Shown in pieces: positions 53,303-64,000 of a stretch of 64,000 nt of DNA (positions within the stretch are counted from its first letter, which is position 1; every line of letters starts with the position of its first letter). Location of the stretch: assembly GCF_006345805.1 (NCBI RefSeq), contig NC_043006.1, positions 96,906,001 to 96,970,000 on the forward strand. The letters are read 5' to 3'. The notes under the pieces were generated by a model, which saw only the letters and a list, made by a program, of their open reading frames with translations, had not been told where the DNA came from and did no database searches. This DNA is from Octopus sinensis. Its lineage: Eukaryota. Position numbers and translations under genes: made by a program.

Positions 53303-53922
53303 CGGCTTAGTTATTCACAGTAGAGTGAAATTAAATATTTTTCTCAAGAAAACAACGCACTTCCCGGTCCGAGAACCGAAACCTCGATTTTGCGATCTTG
53401 AATGCAACACTCAAATCACTAGGCCACGCACATATAGTAGATAGATACATAAACTATAGGCGCAGGAGTGACTGTGTGAAAGTACCTTGCTTACAAACCA
53501 CATGGTTCCGGGTTCAGTCCCACTGCATAGTACATTGGCCAAGTGTCTTTTACTATAGCTTCAGGCTGATCAAAGCGTTGTAAGTAGATTTGGTGGACAG
53601 AAACTGAAAGAAGCCCATCATATATATTTCAGTTTCTGTCCACCAAATCTACTCACAAGGCCTGAAGCTATAGTAAAAGACACTTGGCCAATGTACTATG
53701 CAGTGGGACTGAACCCGAAACCATGTGGTTTGTAAGCAAGGTACTTCCACACAGTCACTCCTGCGCCTATAGTTTAAGTATCTATCTAATATATGTGCGT
53801 GGCCTAGTGATTTGAGTGTTGCATTCAAGATCGCAAGATCGAGGTTTCGATCCTCGGACCGGGAAGTGCGTTGTTTTCTTAAGAAAAATATTTAATTTCA
53901 CTCTACTGTGAATAACTAACCC

Positions 53923-53923
<1 letters not shown>
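53303..53923. repeat. Inverted duplication, ~305 bp arms, spanning two SINE heads
   Basis: Arms 53303-53609 and 53628-53923 are reverse complements with scattered mismatches. Confidence 0.95.
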
Positions 53924-53979
<56 letters not shown>

Positions 53980-54494
53980 CTTTTACTTGTTTTGGTCATT
54001 TGACTGCGGCCATGCTGGAGCACCATTTTGGTATGTTTTGTATCTGTGTTTGTCCCCCCACCATTATCGCTTGACAACCGATGCTGGTGTGTTTACGTCC
54101 CAGTAATTTAGGTAACTTTAGCGGTTCGGCAAAAGCGATCGATAGAATAAGTACTAGGCTTACAACGAATAAGTCCTGGGGTCGATTTGTTTGACTACAA
54201 GTGGTCCTGAAGCATGACCGCAGTCAAATGCCTGAAACAAGTAAAAGAGTAAACTTACACATGCAAAATGAAGGACGTTCAAATACCTATACTCCTGCTT
54301 GCAAGCGCTCACATACACATGCACACACATTACACACACACACACGCCCGCACGCACGCACCACACACATAAAGCACACAAATGGCCGCATATTCATATG
54401 CACGGGGAAATACACAAACACACTTATATATATATAATATTTCTTTATTATATAATATTATATAATATTTATATATATATATATATATATAATA

Positions 54495-54725
54495 TTTATT
54501 TACTACCCACAAGGAGCTAAACATAGAGGGGACAAACAAGGACAAATAAACGGATTAAGTCGATTACATCGACCCCAGTGCAAAACTGGTACTTTATTTA
54601 TCGACCCCGAAAGGATAAAAGGGCAAAGTCGACCTCGGCGGAATTTGAACTCAGAACGTAACAACAGACGAAATACGGCTACGTATTTCGCCCGGTGCGC
54701 TAACGGTTCTGCCAGCTCACCGCCC
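54495..54725 (-). mobile_element. SINE family B, Tx1-type tail
   Basis: Near-consensus copy. Confidence 0.88.
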
Positions 54726-54789
54726 TATAAACATGTATATGTGTGTGTGTGTGTGCGTATATATATATATATATATATAATATATATAT

Positions 54790-55080
54790 ATATCACAGTG
54801 ATCACCGTGACCGACCAGGCTATCAGATGTTGCTACACATCGCTGGTCACAATGCGCTTCGCATTGTTTTAGCCTTCAAATGACGCCAACAGAAGAAAGA
54901 GTGAGAGAAAGTTGTGGTGAATGTGTATAGCAGGGTTCGCCACCACCCTCTGCCGGAGCCTCGTGGAGCTTTAGGTGCTTTCGCTCAATAAACACTCACA
55001 ACGCCCGGTCTGGGAATCGAAACCGCGATCCTATGACCGCGAGTCCGCTGCCCTAACCACTAGGCCATTGCGCCTCCACC
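54790..55080 (-). mobile_element. SINE family C (tRNA-derived)
   Basis: Head with A box TGGCCTAGTGG and B box GGTTTCGATTCC; degenerate copy at ~52870-53165. Confidence 0.85.
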
Positions 55081-55126
55081 TAATCTATCTATCTATATAT
55101 ATATAATTTTTATATATAATATATAT

Positions 55127-55169
<43 letters not shown>

Positions 55170-55622
55170 TATATATATATGTACATATATATATATACAT
55201 TATACATAATATTTGATATATTTATATATACGTACATATATGTATATGCATATATATACAATATAGATATAACATATATATATATACATATATATATATT
55301 ATATATATATATATAATATATATATACAATATATATATATATATAATATATATACACACACACACACATATATATATATATTTTCTGTATTTACCTCCAA
55401 ACTTCGTGGGCTGTCTGGAAACGTTATCTGAGAGAAATTTTCTTTAAGTTGTAGAAATGCTAAGAAAATTTTTGGCTGCTATTTCTACTAAGTTCAGTAT
55501 GTGGCAAAGTAATTATTTTACTAAGCCCTATTATATAATGTAAAATTTGAATCGCCTTAATTGGTCCTTTACATACTGAACACTTGGTGAAATTGATTAA
55601 TAATTAATATTCCTCAATGTTG

Positions 55623-55653
<31 letters not shown>

Positions 55654-55924
55654 GGCATGTCAAATCGAGGGAGAATCTGCGTGTGTGCAGGGAGTGTATG
55701 TGTGTGTGTATGTGTGTGTGTGTATGTGTGTGTTTGTAAATTTGTGTGTGCGTATGTATGTGTAGACAGGGAAAAGAAGAGGTAAATAAATTGGGAAGTA
55801 TTGTCAGAGATCAAAGGAACGGCTGCGTGTGATGTGTTGGTGTACCTGTGTACTCGGGGACAACAAAACACAAGGGGTAGTGGGAAGAGTGGTAGGGTTA
55901 AACAAAGGCAGAAGAGGACGAGGG

Positions 55925-56730
55925 GCTGTGGAGGTGGTGGTGTTTTTGTTGGTGGTGGTGGTGGTGGCAGCGGCGGTGGATGTAGTATTAGGAGTACTCA
56001 TAGAAGTGGTAGTAGTTGTAGTGGTCATAGAAGTACTAGTAGAAGTAGAAGTAGTAGTAGTTGCTGTTGTATTAATAGTAGTGGCAGTGGTGGTGGTGGT
56101 GGTGGTGGTGATGGCAGTGGTGGTGGAAGGTGTAGTAGTAGTAGTTGTTGTTGTATTAATGGTATTAGTGACAGTGGTGGTAGCGGCGGTGGTAGTGGTG
56201 GTAGTGGTAGTAGTAGTGGTGGTACTAGTGTGTAGTAGTAGCTGTTACTACCATAGTTTCTAAGGATGAACAAGAGAAGGAGGAGGAGGAATATGCATGT
56301 GGCGGAATAGGAGCGGGGTACCATGATGAGAAGAAAAAACAAAAGAAAGAGAAGAGAATGAAAAAGAAGACTCCCTGTCTCCCCTACAACAACAAGAACA
56401 GGAAGCAGATGAATAGAATAAAGGGGGTTATATATGGTGAGGCGGGGGTGTACATACGGTTAGGTATAAGTGAGAAGAAAGAAATGGCAGAAACGAATAT
56501 TAAATCTCACTACCACCACCACCAACAACAACAACAACACAACAACCACTTCTACCAAAACTATCACCGCCATCATCACCACCACCACCACAACCACTAC
56601 TACTGCTACAACTACTACCCCCACCCAACCGCACCCACCATCACCGCCGTCATCACTACCAACACCGCCAACAGCAACAAAAATCAAATTACCACCGCGA
56701 ATACCACCACAACTACTACCAATACCACCA
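55925..56730. repeat. (GGT)/(AGT) and (CAC)/(AAC) low-complexity tracts
   Basis: Direct reading; source of the poly-V/G/T ORFs. Confidence 0.9.
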
Positions 56731-57039
56731 TGTCTTGAATTTGCCGTCCTGTCCTGAGCTCGCGACGCTCTCCTGGGGTCACTACTGCGCAGGATAAAAC
56801 TAGTAACTAATCTAGCCGGGAGTAAAAAGTGCAAAATAAGGACTATAGCTACAAAACTATTCTGTTGTGTTCGTCACCAAGAAAAATAGGAATCGAAGTT
56901 ATACTATGACACAATTAAAATGGGATTGTCACGGATGGAATGTCTTAATCACAGCTGATTTGAGATTAAACCTCATCAGTTACAAACAAAGACTCACAGA
57001 AAGACAGGGATTCACAGAATCGCAATATTTCATATTAAA

Positions 57040-57260
57040 GCGACGAATTGTTAGAAGTTTCAGCACGTTGGGTCAAATGCTTAGCAGCATTTCGTCCGTC
57101 TTTACATTCTGAGTTCAAATTCCACTGAAGTCAACTTTGCCTTTCATCTTTTTGGGGTCGATAAAATAAGTACAAATTAAACAGTGGTGATCAATGTAAT
57201 CAATTAACTCTCTCCCAGAAATTGCTGGCCTTGTGCCAAAATGTGAAATCAATATTTCAT
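57040..57260 (+). mobile_element. SINE family B, alternative tail
   Basis: Core followed by aaattgctggccttgtgccaaaatgtgaaa. Confidence 0.8.
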
Positions 57261-57633
57261 AGAAAACTTTGCAGCTATGTCGAACTGTATCATCTTTATA
57301 AAGATAATGTTTTTACAATGAAATGACTGTTAAGAGAAAAATACACTTTAACGTGATATCGTCCTTCAGAAAATAAACCTAATGGATAAACCAAATGGGA
57401 TTCGGGAGCTTGAATTAATGATCAAACTAATTAGTTTTATCTCTCATTAACGACATTACTTTTCATTCACATGTACTATGAGATATTTTTATCCCTCGTA
57501 ATTTCGGCGGATTGAACTGTGAGTTTGGAGATTCCTAAGGAGTCTTTAATGAAGACCGAAACAAGTTTGTTTGTCTTTTACTTTAAGCTATCGAATTCAT
57601 TGTTGCTTATGCAGAGGATTTATATGCATATAT

Positions 57634-57667
<34 letters not shown>

Positions 57668-57685
57668 GTGTGTGTGTGTGTGTGT

Positions 57686-57732
<47 letters not shown>

Positions 57733-58129
57733 TGTATGTAGGTATGTTTGTCTGTTTGTATGTATGTTAGTATTATTTCAACATATATATATATTTCAAC
57801 TTACGTTGTAAAGTATCTGCGTTTGGGATTTACGCTTAGATGGCCGATATGCCACATTTGCAGTATATATGGTTAAATATCCAGTGTTTAGAAGGTTTAT
57901 GATGACTGCTCACTACTTCAATTTCAGATTTTACATCTAAACATTTTCAAGGAAAAGTTACCTACAAAGTGATTATTTTATTTTCTATTTCGAGTTTTGA
58001 CGCGCGCCACGCACCCACACTGTAAGTATATGGAAAATCACCAACATCTAACCAGAAACATGTAGTGTGTTCTAGAGAATTATTGCAACAATAACTCATA
58101 ACTATTATCTCCATCAGGATGAAAATAAA

Positions 58130-58478
58130 CCACATGGTTCCGGGTTCAGTCCTACTGCGTAGCACCTTGGGCAAGTGTCTTCTACTATAGCCTCGGGCCG
58201 ACCAAAGCCTTGTGAGTGGATTTGGTAGAAGGAAACTGAAAGAAGCCCGCCGTATATATGTATATATAAATATATATGTATGTGAGTGTAAATGTTTGTG
58301 TGTCTGTGTTTGTCCCCCCAACATCGCTTGACAACTTAGCGGTTCGGCAAAACAGACCGATAGAATAAGTACTAGGATTCCAAAGAATAACTCCTGAGGT
58401 CGATTTGCTCGACTAAAGGCGGTGCCCCAGCATGGCCGCAGTCAAATGACTGAAACAAGTAAAAGAGTAAAAGAGTAA
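58130..58478 (+). mobile_element. SINE family A
   Basis: accacatggttccgggttcagtcc...gaaacaagtaaaagagtaaaagag. Confidence 0.88.
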
Positions 58479-58955
58479 CAGAGTACATGCATACAAAAAC
58501 ATTAACATCAAACGCGGTGTTGGAATGAACATCATCAACAGTAAGTGCAGAAAAACAGTGACACACGGCACTGCATGCAATTAACCACCGCAGATAGGGT
58601 AGGGCGATATTGCTCCCAGTTGTTTGATCATATGGTATAACGGAAGGACTAGATCTGTTGACTGTATTTAGCAGTGCCATAAGACTGATCATAAGCAGTT
58701 CACCTTCAGTTACAAAGGGGTATAAATCGCCTACAGCATCGTGCAAAACGACAATACAGTACTATAACTGTTCACCCTCCCCCATATATGTATATATATA
58801 TTAATAAATGAAATAAAACATATGCATATATATAAACATATATGTACGTACCTACCTCTACATGCACATATACACGCATATATGTGTACAGGACAATTAA
58901 CACAAAAAAACCCCCTTCTTTAATCGCTACGGTTTCATCTACTCTACGTTTCGAA

Positions 58956-58995
<40 letters not shown>

Positions 58996-59258
58996 TATAT
59001 ATATACATGCGTATATTATGGAATGACCACTAAGTGGATATCAAATATGCTAGGAGAAGGTCGCCTACGATCTAACCACAAAGAAAAGAATGTTCTCTAG
59101 AGAAATTCAGCAAAGACCAGAACATAAGCGGGCAAGACAGATGAAATTATACAAAAATAAAGAATTAATCGTAGACCGGTTTCGTCATTAACGATTTTAC
59201 CTACGTAGCATCGTCCTTCTTCTCTTCAGTACGATCCTTCTAATTCGTACGATCGTTC

Positions 59259-59280
<22 letters not shown>

Positions 59281-59291
<11 letters not shown>

Positions 59292-59526
59292 GAGGGCATT
59301 ATTATACATACATGCCTCACGCTAAGAGGGACATCAGTCATTTCTACCAAAAATTTTACTAATCATACCCAATACAATTTTTCAAAGCAAGACATTTAAA
59401 AAATGTTTTTAATGTCTTGCTTTGAAAAATTGCATTGGGTATGATTAGTAAAATTTTTGGTAGAAATGACTGATGTCCCTCTTAGCGTGAGGCATGTATG
59501 TATAATAATGCCCTCTATATATAAAT
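59281..59526. repeat. Near-perfect palindrome, ~115 bp arms
   Basis: Only one arm mismatch seen (tacaatt vs tgcaatt). Confidence 0.95.
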
Positions 59527-60264
59527 TAATATGTTCAATAAGAAAGAATTATTTTCGAAATTTTTCTCTTATGAGGTTTTTCACGCTATCTACCTGATAA
59601 TTTCTTGTTAAGATTCCTTATTAAGAGATTATCCTTAATTGTTAAATGTTATATATATATATGTCGATTACATCGACCCTAATACTTGACTGGTACTTAA
59701 TTTATCGACGCCGGAAGGATAAAAGTCGATGTCGACCTCGTCGGAATTTGTGCTCAGATCATAAAAAAAGGACGGAATGCCGTTAAACATTTTGTCTGTC
59801 AGTTAGCCACCTTTGTCTTACTAGAAATAATAACCAAATCTCCCTCAAATTTCATATGACGGATATATTGTCTGCTGCTGGATTAAAGACAGGATGGATC
59901 AACTTTGATCATAGGTTTACTCCATTAGGCCTGACATGGACTTCAAAAAAAATTATCACAGTACTTCACCGACACAGCCAATTCCGCTTCTCCTACTTAT
60001 CACTACTATTACAACGGCTACTACACCATGAAAAATTTATAATCTTACCTAAAATATTCTTGAAAGTAACAAAACCTTCGATAAATTCCTTTTGTAACCT
60101 CTCTCAATGCTACAGTCATGAGAACTCGAGAATTACCTTATTATAAACAAACTTCAGCATACTCAACATATTACTATCACTGAGAATGAGCATGCTTCTA
60201 GATAATCGCTCAGCCTGCAATATATATCAACTAAATAATCTCTCGAATTATACCCTGTCGTAAG

Positions 60265-60480
60265 GCTGCAAACTGGCAAAATCGTCAGCCCGTCGGAAAA
60301 AAATGCTTAGCAACGTTTCGTCCATCTTTATGTTGGGGGTTCAATTGTCACCTGTGTCGATTTTACCTTTCATCCTTTCAGGGTCGATAAAATAAGTACC
60401 AGTTGAACACTGGTGTCGATGTAATCCACTTACTCCTTCCTCGAAAATGCTGGTCTTGTGCCAAAATTTGAAACCAAATT
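60265..60480 (+). mobile_element. SINE family B, alternative tail
   Basis: cctttcatcctttcagggtcgataaaataagtaccag...gctggtcttgtgccaaaatttgaaacc. Confidence 0.8.
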
Positions 60481-61519
60481 ATACCCTGCCAAATTTTTTT
60501 TTTTAAGGGAATCACATATGGAATATTATAATTACAGATGGATTATGCCTAATTATACGGGATGGTCACGGGGTTATAGTATCTTTAATTTTTAATCATA
60601 AGTCTGCTTTATTAGATGTGGCCGAGAATTAAACAACGTCAACAAGAACATCCATAAACACTAAGATACCATTTAATCTAACATTCCACTTGAAAGGTAA
60701 TACGAGAAACAATATATTCTGACATTTATGATCAATTCCTTTACAGCTGCGACCGACTCCTTTTCCATTTATTTATTTTTCCTACAAAGAGAACGTTATG
60801 TAAGATATCATAATGCTATAAATAGTGTTGTTGTCAGGGTTTGCCAAGATGAATCATCATTAACAACCACAACAACAGCAACAGTTAATCGGAAATAATG
60901 TCCTTGCTACGAATCTCCAAGCACACAAGCAAGCTATCTCCAGGCCTTTCTTATAATGACAGCACTCCGCCACAGCAGTTCACCATATATACATAAACTC
61001 TAAACTTCTAACCGAGTCAGTGCAAATCCATTGCAACCGCCAAATACTTTATATGCATGTTGTGTCCTCTGGTTGTCGTATGTATTGCAAATATACACTT
61101 CTGGCCAAAAGTCACTTGACTGTAAACCAAAATTCCATTAATACTATTTATTTGTAATTCTGTATTGACTCCAATGGAAAAATGTGTCGCTCAAGAAGGA
61201 CTTCAGTTTGAACAATTTTCATGATGTTTCACATTTAGATGCTTTTATTAAATTCATTCAGTTCTTAAACATAAATATATCTTGGAATTAATTAGTTTTG
61301 ATTTACTGTCAGGTAAATTTTGGCCAACCTTGTATGTGTGTGTGTGTGAGAGAGAGAGAGGGGGGGGGGAGAAAGAGAGAGAAGTTTGCTTCTCTACCAT
61401 ATGATTCTGGGTTCGGTCCTACTGCTTTGCGCCTTAGACGGGTGTCTTCTACTGTAGCCTGAGGCCGACCAAGACCTTGTGAGAGGATTTGATGGACCGA
61501 GGCTGAAGAAAGCCCGTCG

Positions 61520-61552
<33 letters not shown>

Positions 61553-61580
61553 TTATATATATATATATATATATGATATA

Positions 61581-61611
<31 letters not shown>

Positions 61612-61624
61612 ATAATATATATAT

Positions 61625-62126
61625 ATATAAAACTGTAGTTGTGTGAGTGTCTGTCCCCTACGATTTAGATTCCTAACTACTCCCACATTTTGCGGTGCAG
61701 TTTAACCAAATTCGGGTATCTTATAGTCGTGATTCATATCGAGCCCTTCTGGGTATTAGCGCGCGTCTACGATGAGTCTACGATTAAAAAAAAAATTTAA
61801 CATCATTTTTTATTCCATTTTAATGCATAATTTTTCGTGCCAATGGCGGCGGAGTTGGCGTCCACGCTCAAACACCTGCACCTGTTTGCTTCTCCCCCTT
61901 CTTCCCTCCCTCGTGAAGCTGTGGGGAAGGGAGTGTAAGGAAATCAACGTCGTAAAGCGTTGTCAAGGAGACCAGCGTTGTTTTAGAACAACGACTTCAT
62001 GGCTTGAAGACACCAAAACAGAAATGGCTAAGAAAGCCCGAATTGGCATCTATAAGGGAAGTAACTCTCTAAAATGCTTATATAGTTTTCCCTTACAAAC
62101 CCGAGCAACGCCGGGCGATACTGCTA

Positions 62127-62129
<3 letters not shown>
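61625..62129 (-). mobile_element. Helitron/HINE-like element with an extra ~200 bp internal segment
   Basis: Same termini as 12420-12708 and 50261-50657. Confidence 0.65.
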
Positions 62130-62169
<40 letters not shown>

Positions 62170-62171
<2 letters not shown>

Positions 62172-62560
62172 TATATAACTTAGATGTATCGCGACCAAAG
62201 ATTGGTCCAGGCCACGTTTAACTTAATACCATCGTCTGAAAGGATTAGCTAAATCTTTTTTAAATCAAGTTTTGTGGTAGGAAGTTCTTGTTGAATGAGT
62301 TGTATCCAGGAAATTTGTCCAGATTCCGTTTAAAGGTGATGGGATCCTTTTCCTCTTTGATCTGTTTCGGGACAATGTTAAGTAGGGCAGGGCCTGTTGA
62401 GGAAAAGAAATTGTGTCGCAGTGTATTTATGTGTTCCAATCCGAAATTGGATAGGGGACGTATGGCCCGTGGTCCTAGTCTTGGGTAAATTTTGAAGCTA
62501 ATATTGAGATTTACGTCACCGCAACTTAGAGGTTTAGCAAAATAGATCGATAGAATATGC
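62170..62560 (-). mobile_element. CR1-group LINE 3' end
   Basis: TLRHNFFSSTGPALLNIVPKQIKEEKDPITFKRNLDKF, a typical CR1 C-terminus. Confidence 0.75.
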
Positions 62561-62642
62561 TCTTCAAGGCGGCGAGCCTGCATGGTCACAGTCTAATGAC
62601 TGAAGCAAGTAAAAGCTAAATATATATATATATATATATATA

Positions 62643-62675
<33 letters not shown>

Positions 62676-62708
62676 ATATCTATATAAAGATATATATATA
62701 AGATATAT

Positions 62709-62871
62709 AGGCGCAGGAGTGGCTGTGTGGTAAGTAGCTTGCTAACCACCCTCATGGTCCGGGTTCAGTCCCACTGCGTGGCATCTTGGGCAAGTGTCTT
62801 CTGCTATAGCCCCGGGCCGACCAATGCCTTGTGAGTGGATTTGGTAGACGGAAACTGAAAGAAGCCTGTCG

Positions 62872-62902
<31 letters not shown>

Positions 62903-63125
62903 GTATGTGTGTTTTTGATGTCTGTGTTTGTCCCCTAGCATTGCTTGACAACCGATGCTGTGTGTTTAACGTCCCGTCACTTAGCGGTTCGGCAAAAAGA
63001 CCAATAGAATAATACTGGGCTTACAAAGAATAAGTCCCGGGGTCGATTTGCTTGACTAAAGGCGGTGCTCCAGCATGGCCGCAGTCAAATGACTGAAACA
63101 AGTAAAAGAGAAAAGAGAAAAGAGA
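62709..63125 (+). mobile_element. SINE family A, full length
   Basis: ggcgcaggagtggctgtgtgg...gtaaaagagaaaagag. Confidence 0.92.
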
Positions 63126-63156
<31 letters not shown>

Positions 63157-63626
63157 GTGTGTGTGTGTGTGTGTGTGTGTGTATAAGTATTTAGACCATG
63201 TCTAGATAGAATTGCGTCTTGTATCTCCTCTCCATATACTTCTTTTTATGAAGCTCTGTATATATTACACTTCACATTCACAAAAGCTCACTCAAAGAAA
63301 ATATTACTCTGACATAAACACACGTACACATCACACAAAGGCAGACATATGTAAACACGCACACACGTACACACACACGTACACACCCGTGCACACACGT
63401 TCACCTATACTTCTCTCCCACTCTCTCTCTAGTTTATCTATTAGTCTGTCTCTTTTAATACTACTCCTCCTTGATCTTGTCTTTACGTCATACACATTTT
63501 ATTCGCTCCCACCATCGCCATTTATATTTCTCATATGCCCCAGGTTTCTTCCTCACAATCTTTTTCATTTTCTTTTCCCATTCTCACCTTTTCTCTCCCC
63601 AATACTCTTCCCTCATTTTTGCTTCC

Positions 63627-63692
<66 letters not shown>

Positions 63693-63777
63693 TATATATA
63701 TATCTTCCTCTCTCTCCCTCGACTTCTCTCTCCGTTTCTCTCTTCATTTATCTCTCTTCCTTTCTCTCTCTTTGTCT

Positions 63778-63813
<36 letters not shown>

Positions 63814-64000
63814 CTCTCTGTGCCTCTCTCTCTCTCTCGATCTCTCTCTCTGTTTCTCTCTCTCTGCCTCTCTCTCTGCCTCTCTCTCTCTCTCTCGAAC
63901 TCTCTCTTGCCCCTCATATGTCAATACCCCTCGACAGCTCTCTAAAGGTCGCCGCTTTCCCTTTGTGGATCGTGCAAAAATTCCATCTATCCTCGGCCGG

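Noticed and set aside
54990-55080. tRNA-like sequence with A and B boxes
   Set aside because: It is a SINE head that continues into a SINE body with other copies in the window; no convincing full cloverleaf.
57520-57570. Hammerhead-like CTAAGGA...GTCT/AGAC...GAAAC
   Set aside because: Core mismatches and stem I does not abut the core; at best a dead relic.
58372-58746. 124-aa minus-strand ORF
   Set aside because: Runs into a SINE tail, has no motif and no clear splice support.

Overview
AT-rich, repeat-saturated animal genomic DNA. The SINE, mariner and LINE families look like those of a coleoid cephalopod such as Octopus; this is inferred from recognition, not a database search. Nearly all ORFs in the supplied track are microsatellite or minisatellite artefacts. 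Supportable content: (1) more than 25 tRNA-derived SINE copies from three families; (2) decayed mariner/Tc1 transposons, plus hAT-type and Kolobok-type MITEs; (3) LINE relics (RTE, CR1, Tx1/L1, R4/Dong); (4) Helitron-like non-autonomous elements; (5) Penelope-like fragments; (6) a ~1.8 kb 59-61 bp minisatellite; (7) a candidate minus-strand gene of very small, phase-compatible exons spread over ~40 kb, weakly ependymin-like. Most notable observations: recurrent fold-back palindromes that end at (TA)n tracts; minimal hammerhead-ribozyme motifs in Penelope-like repeats; a SINE subfamily that shares its 3' tail with a Tx1-like LINE that appears to prefer GATA targets; and a local templated duplication inserted into a mariner. 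No prokaryotic-type system, CRISPR array or rRNA/tRNA gene was found. Boundaries were read by eye and may be off by several bases.
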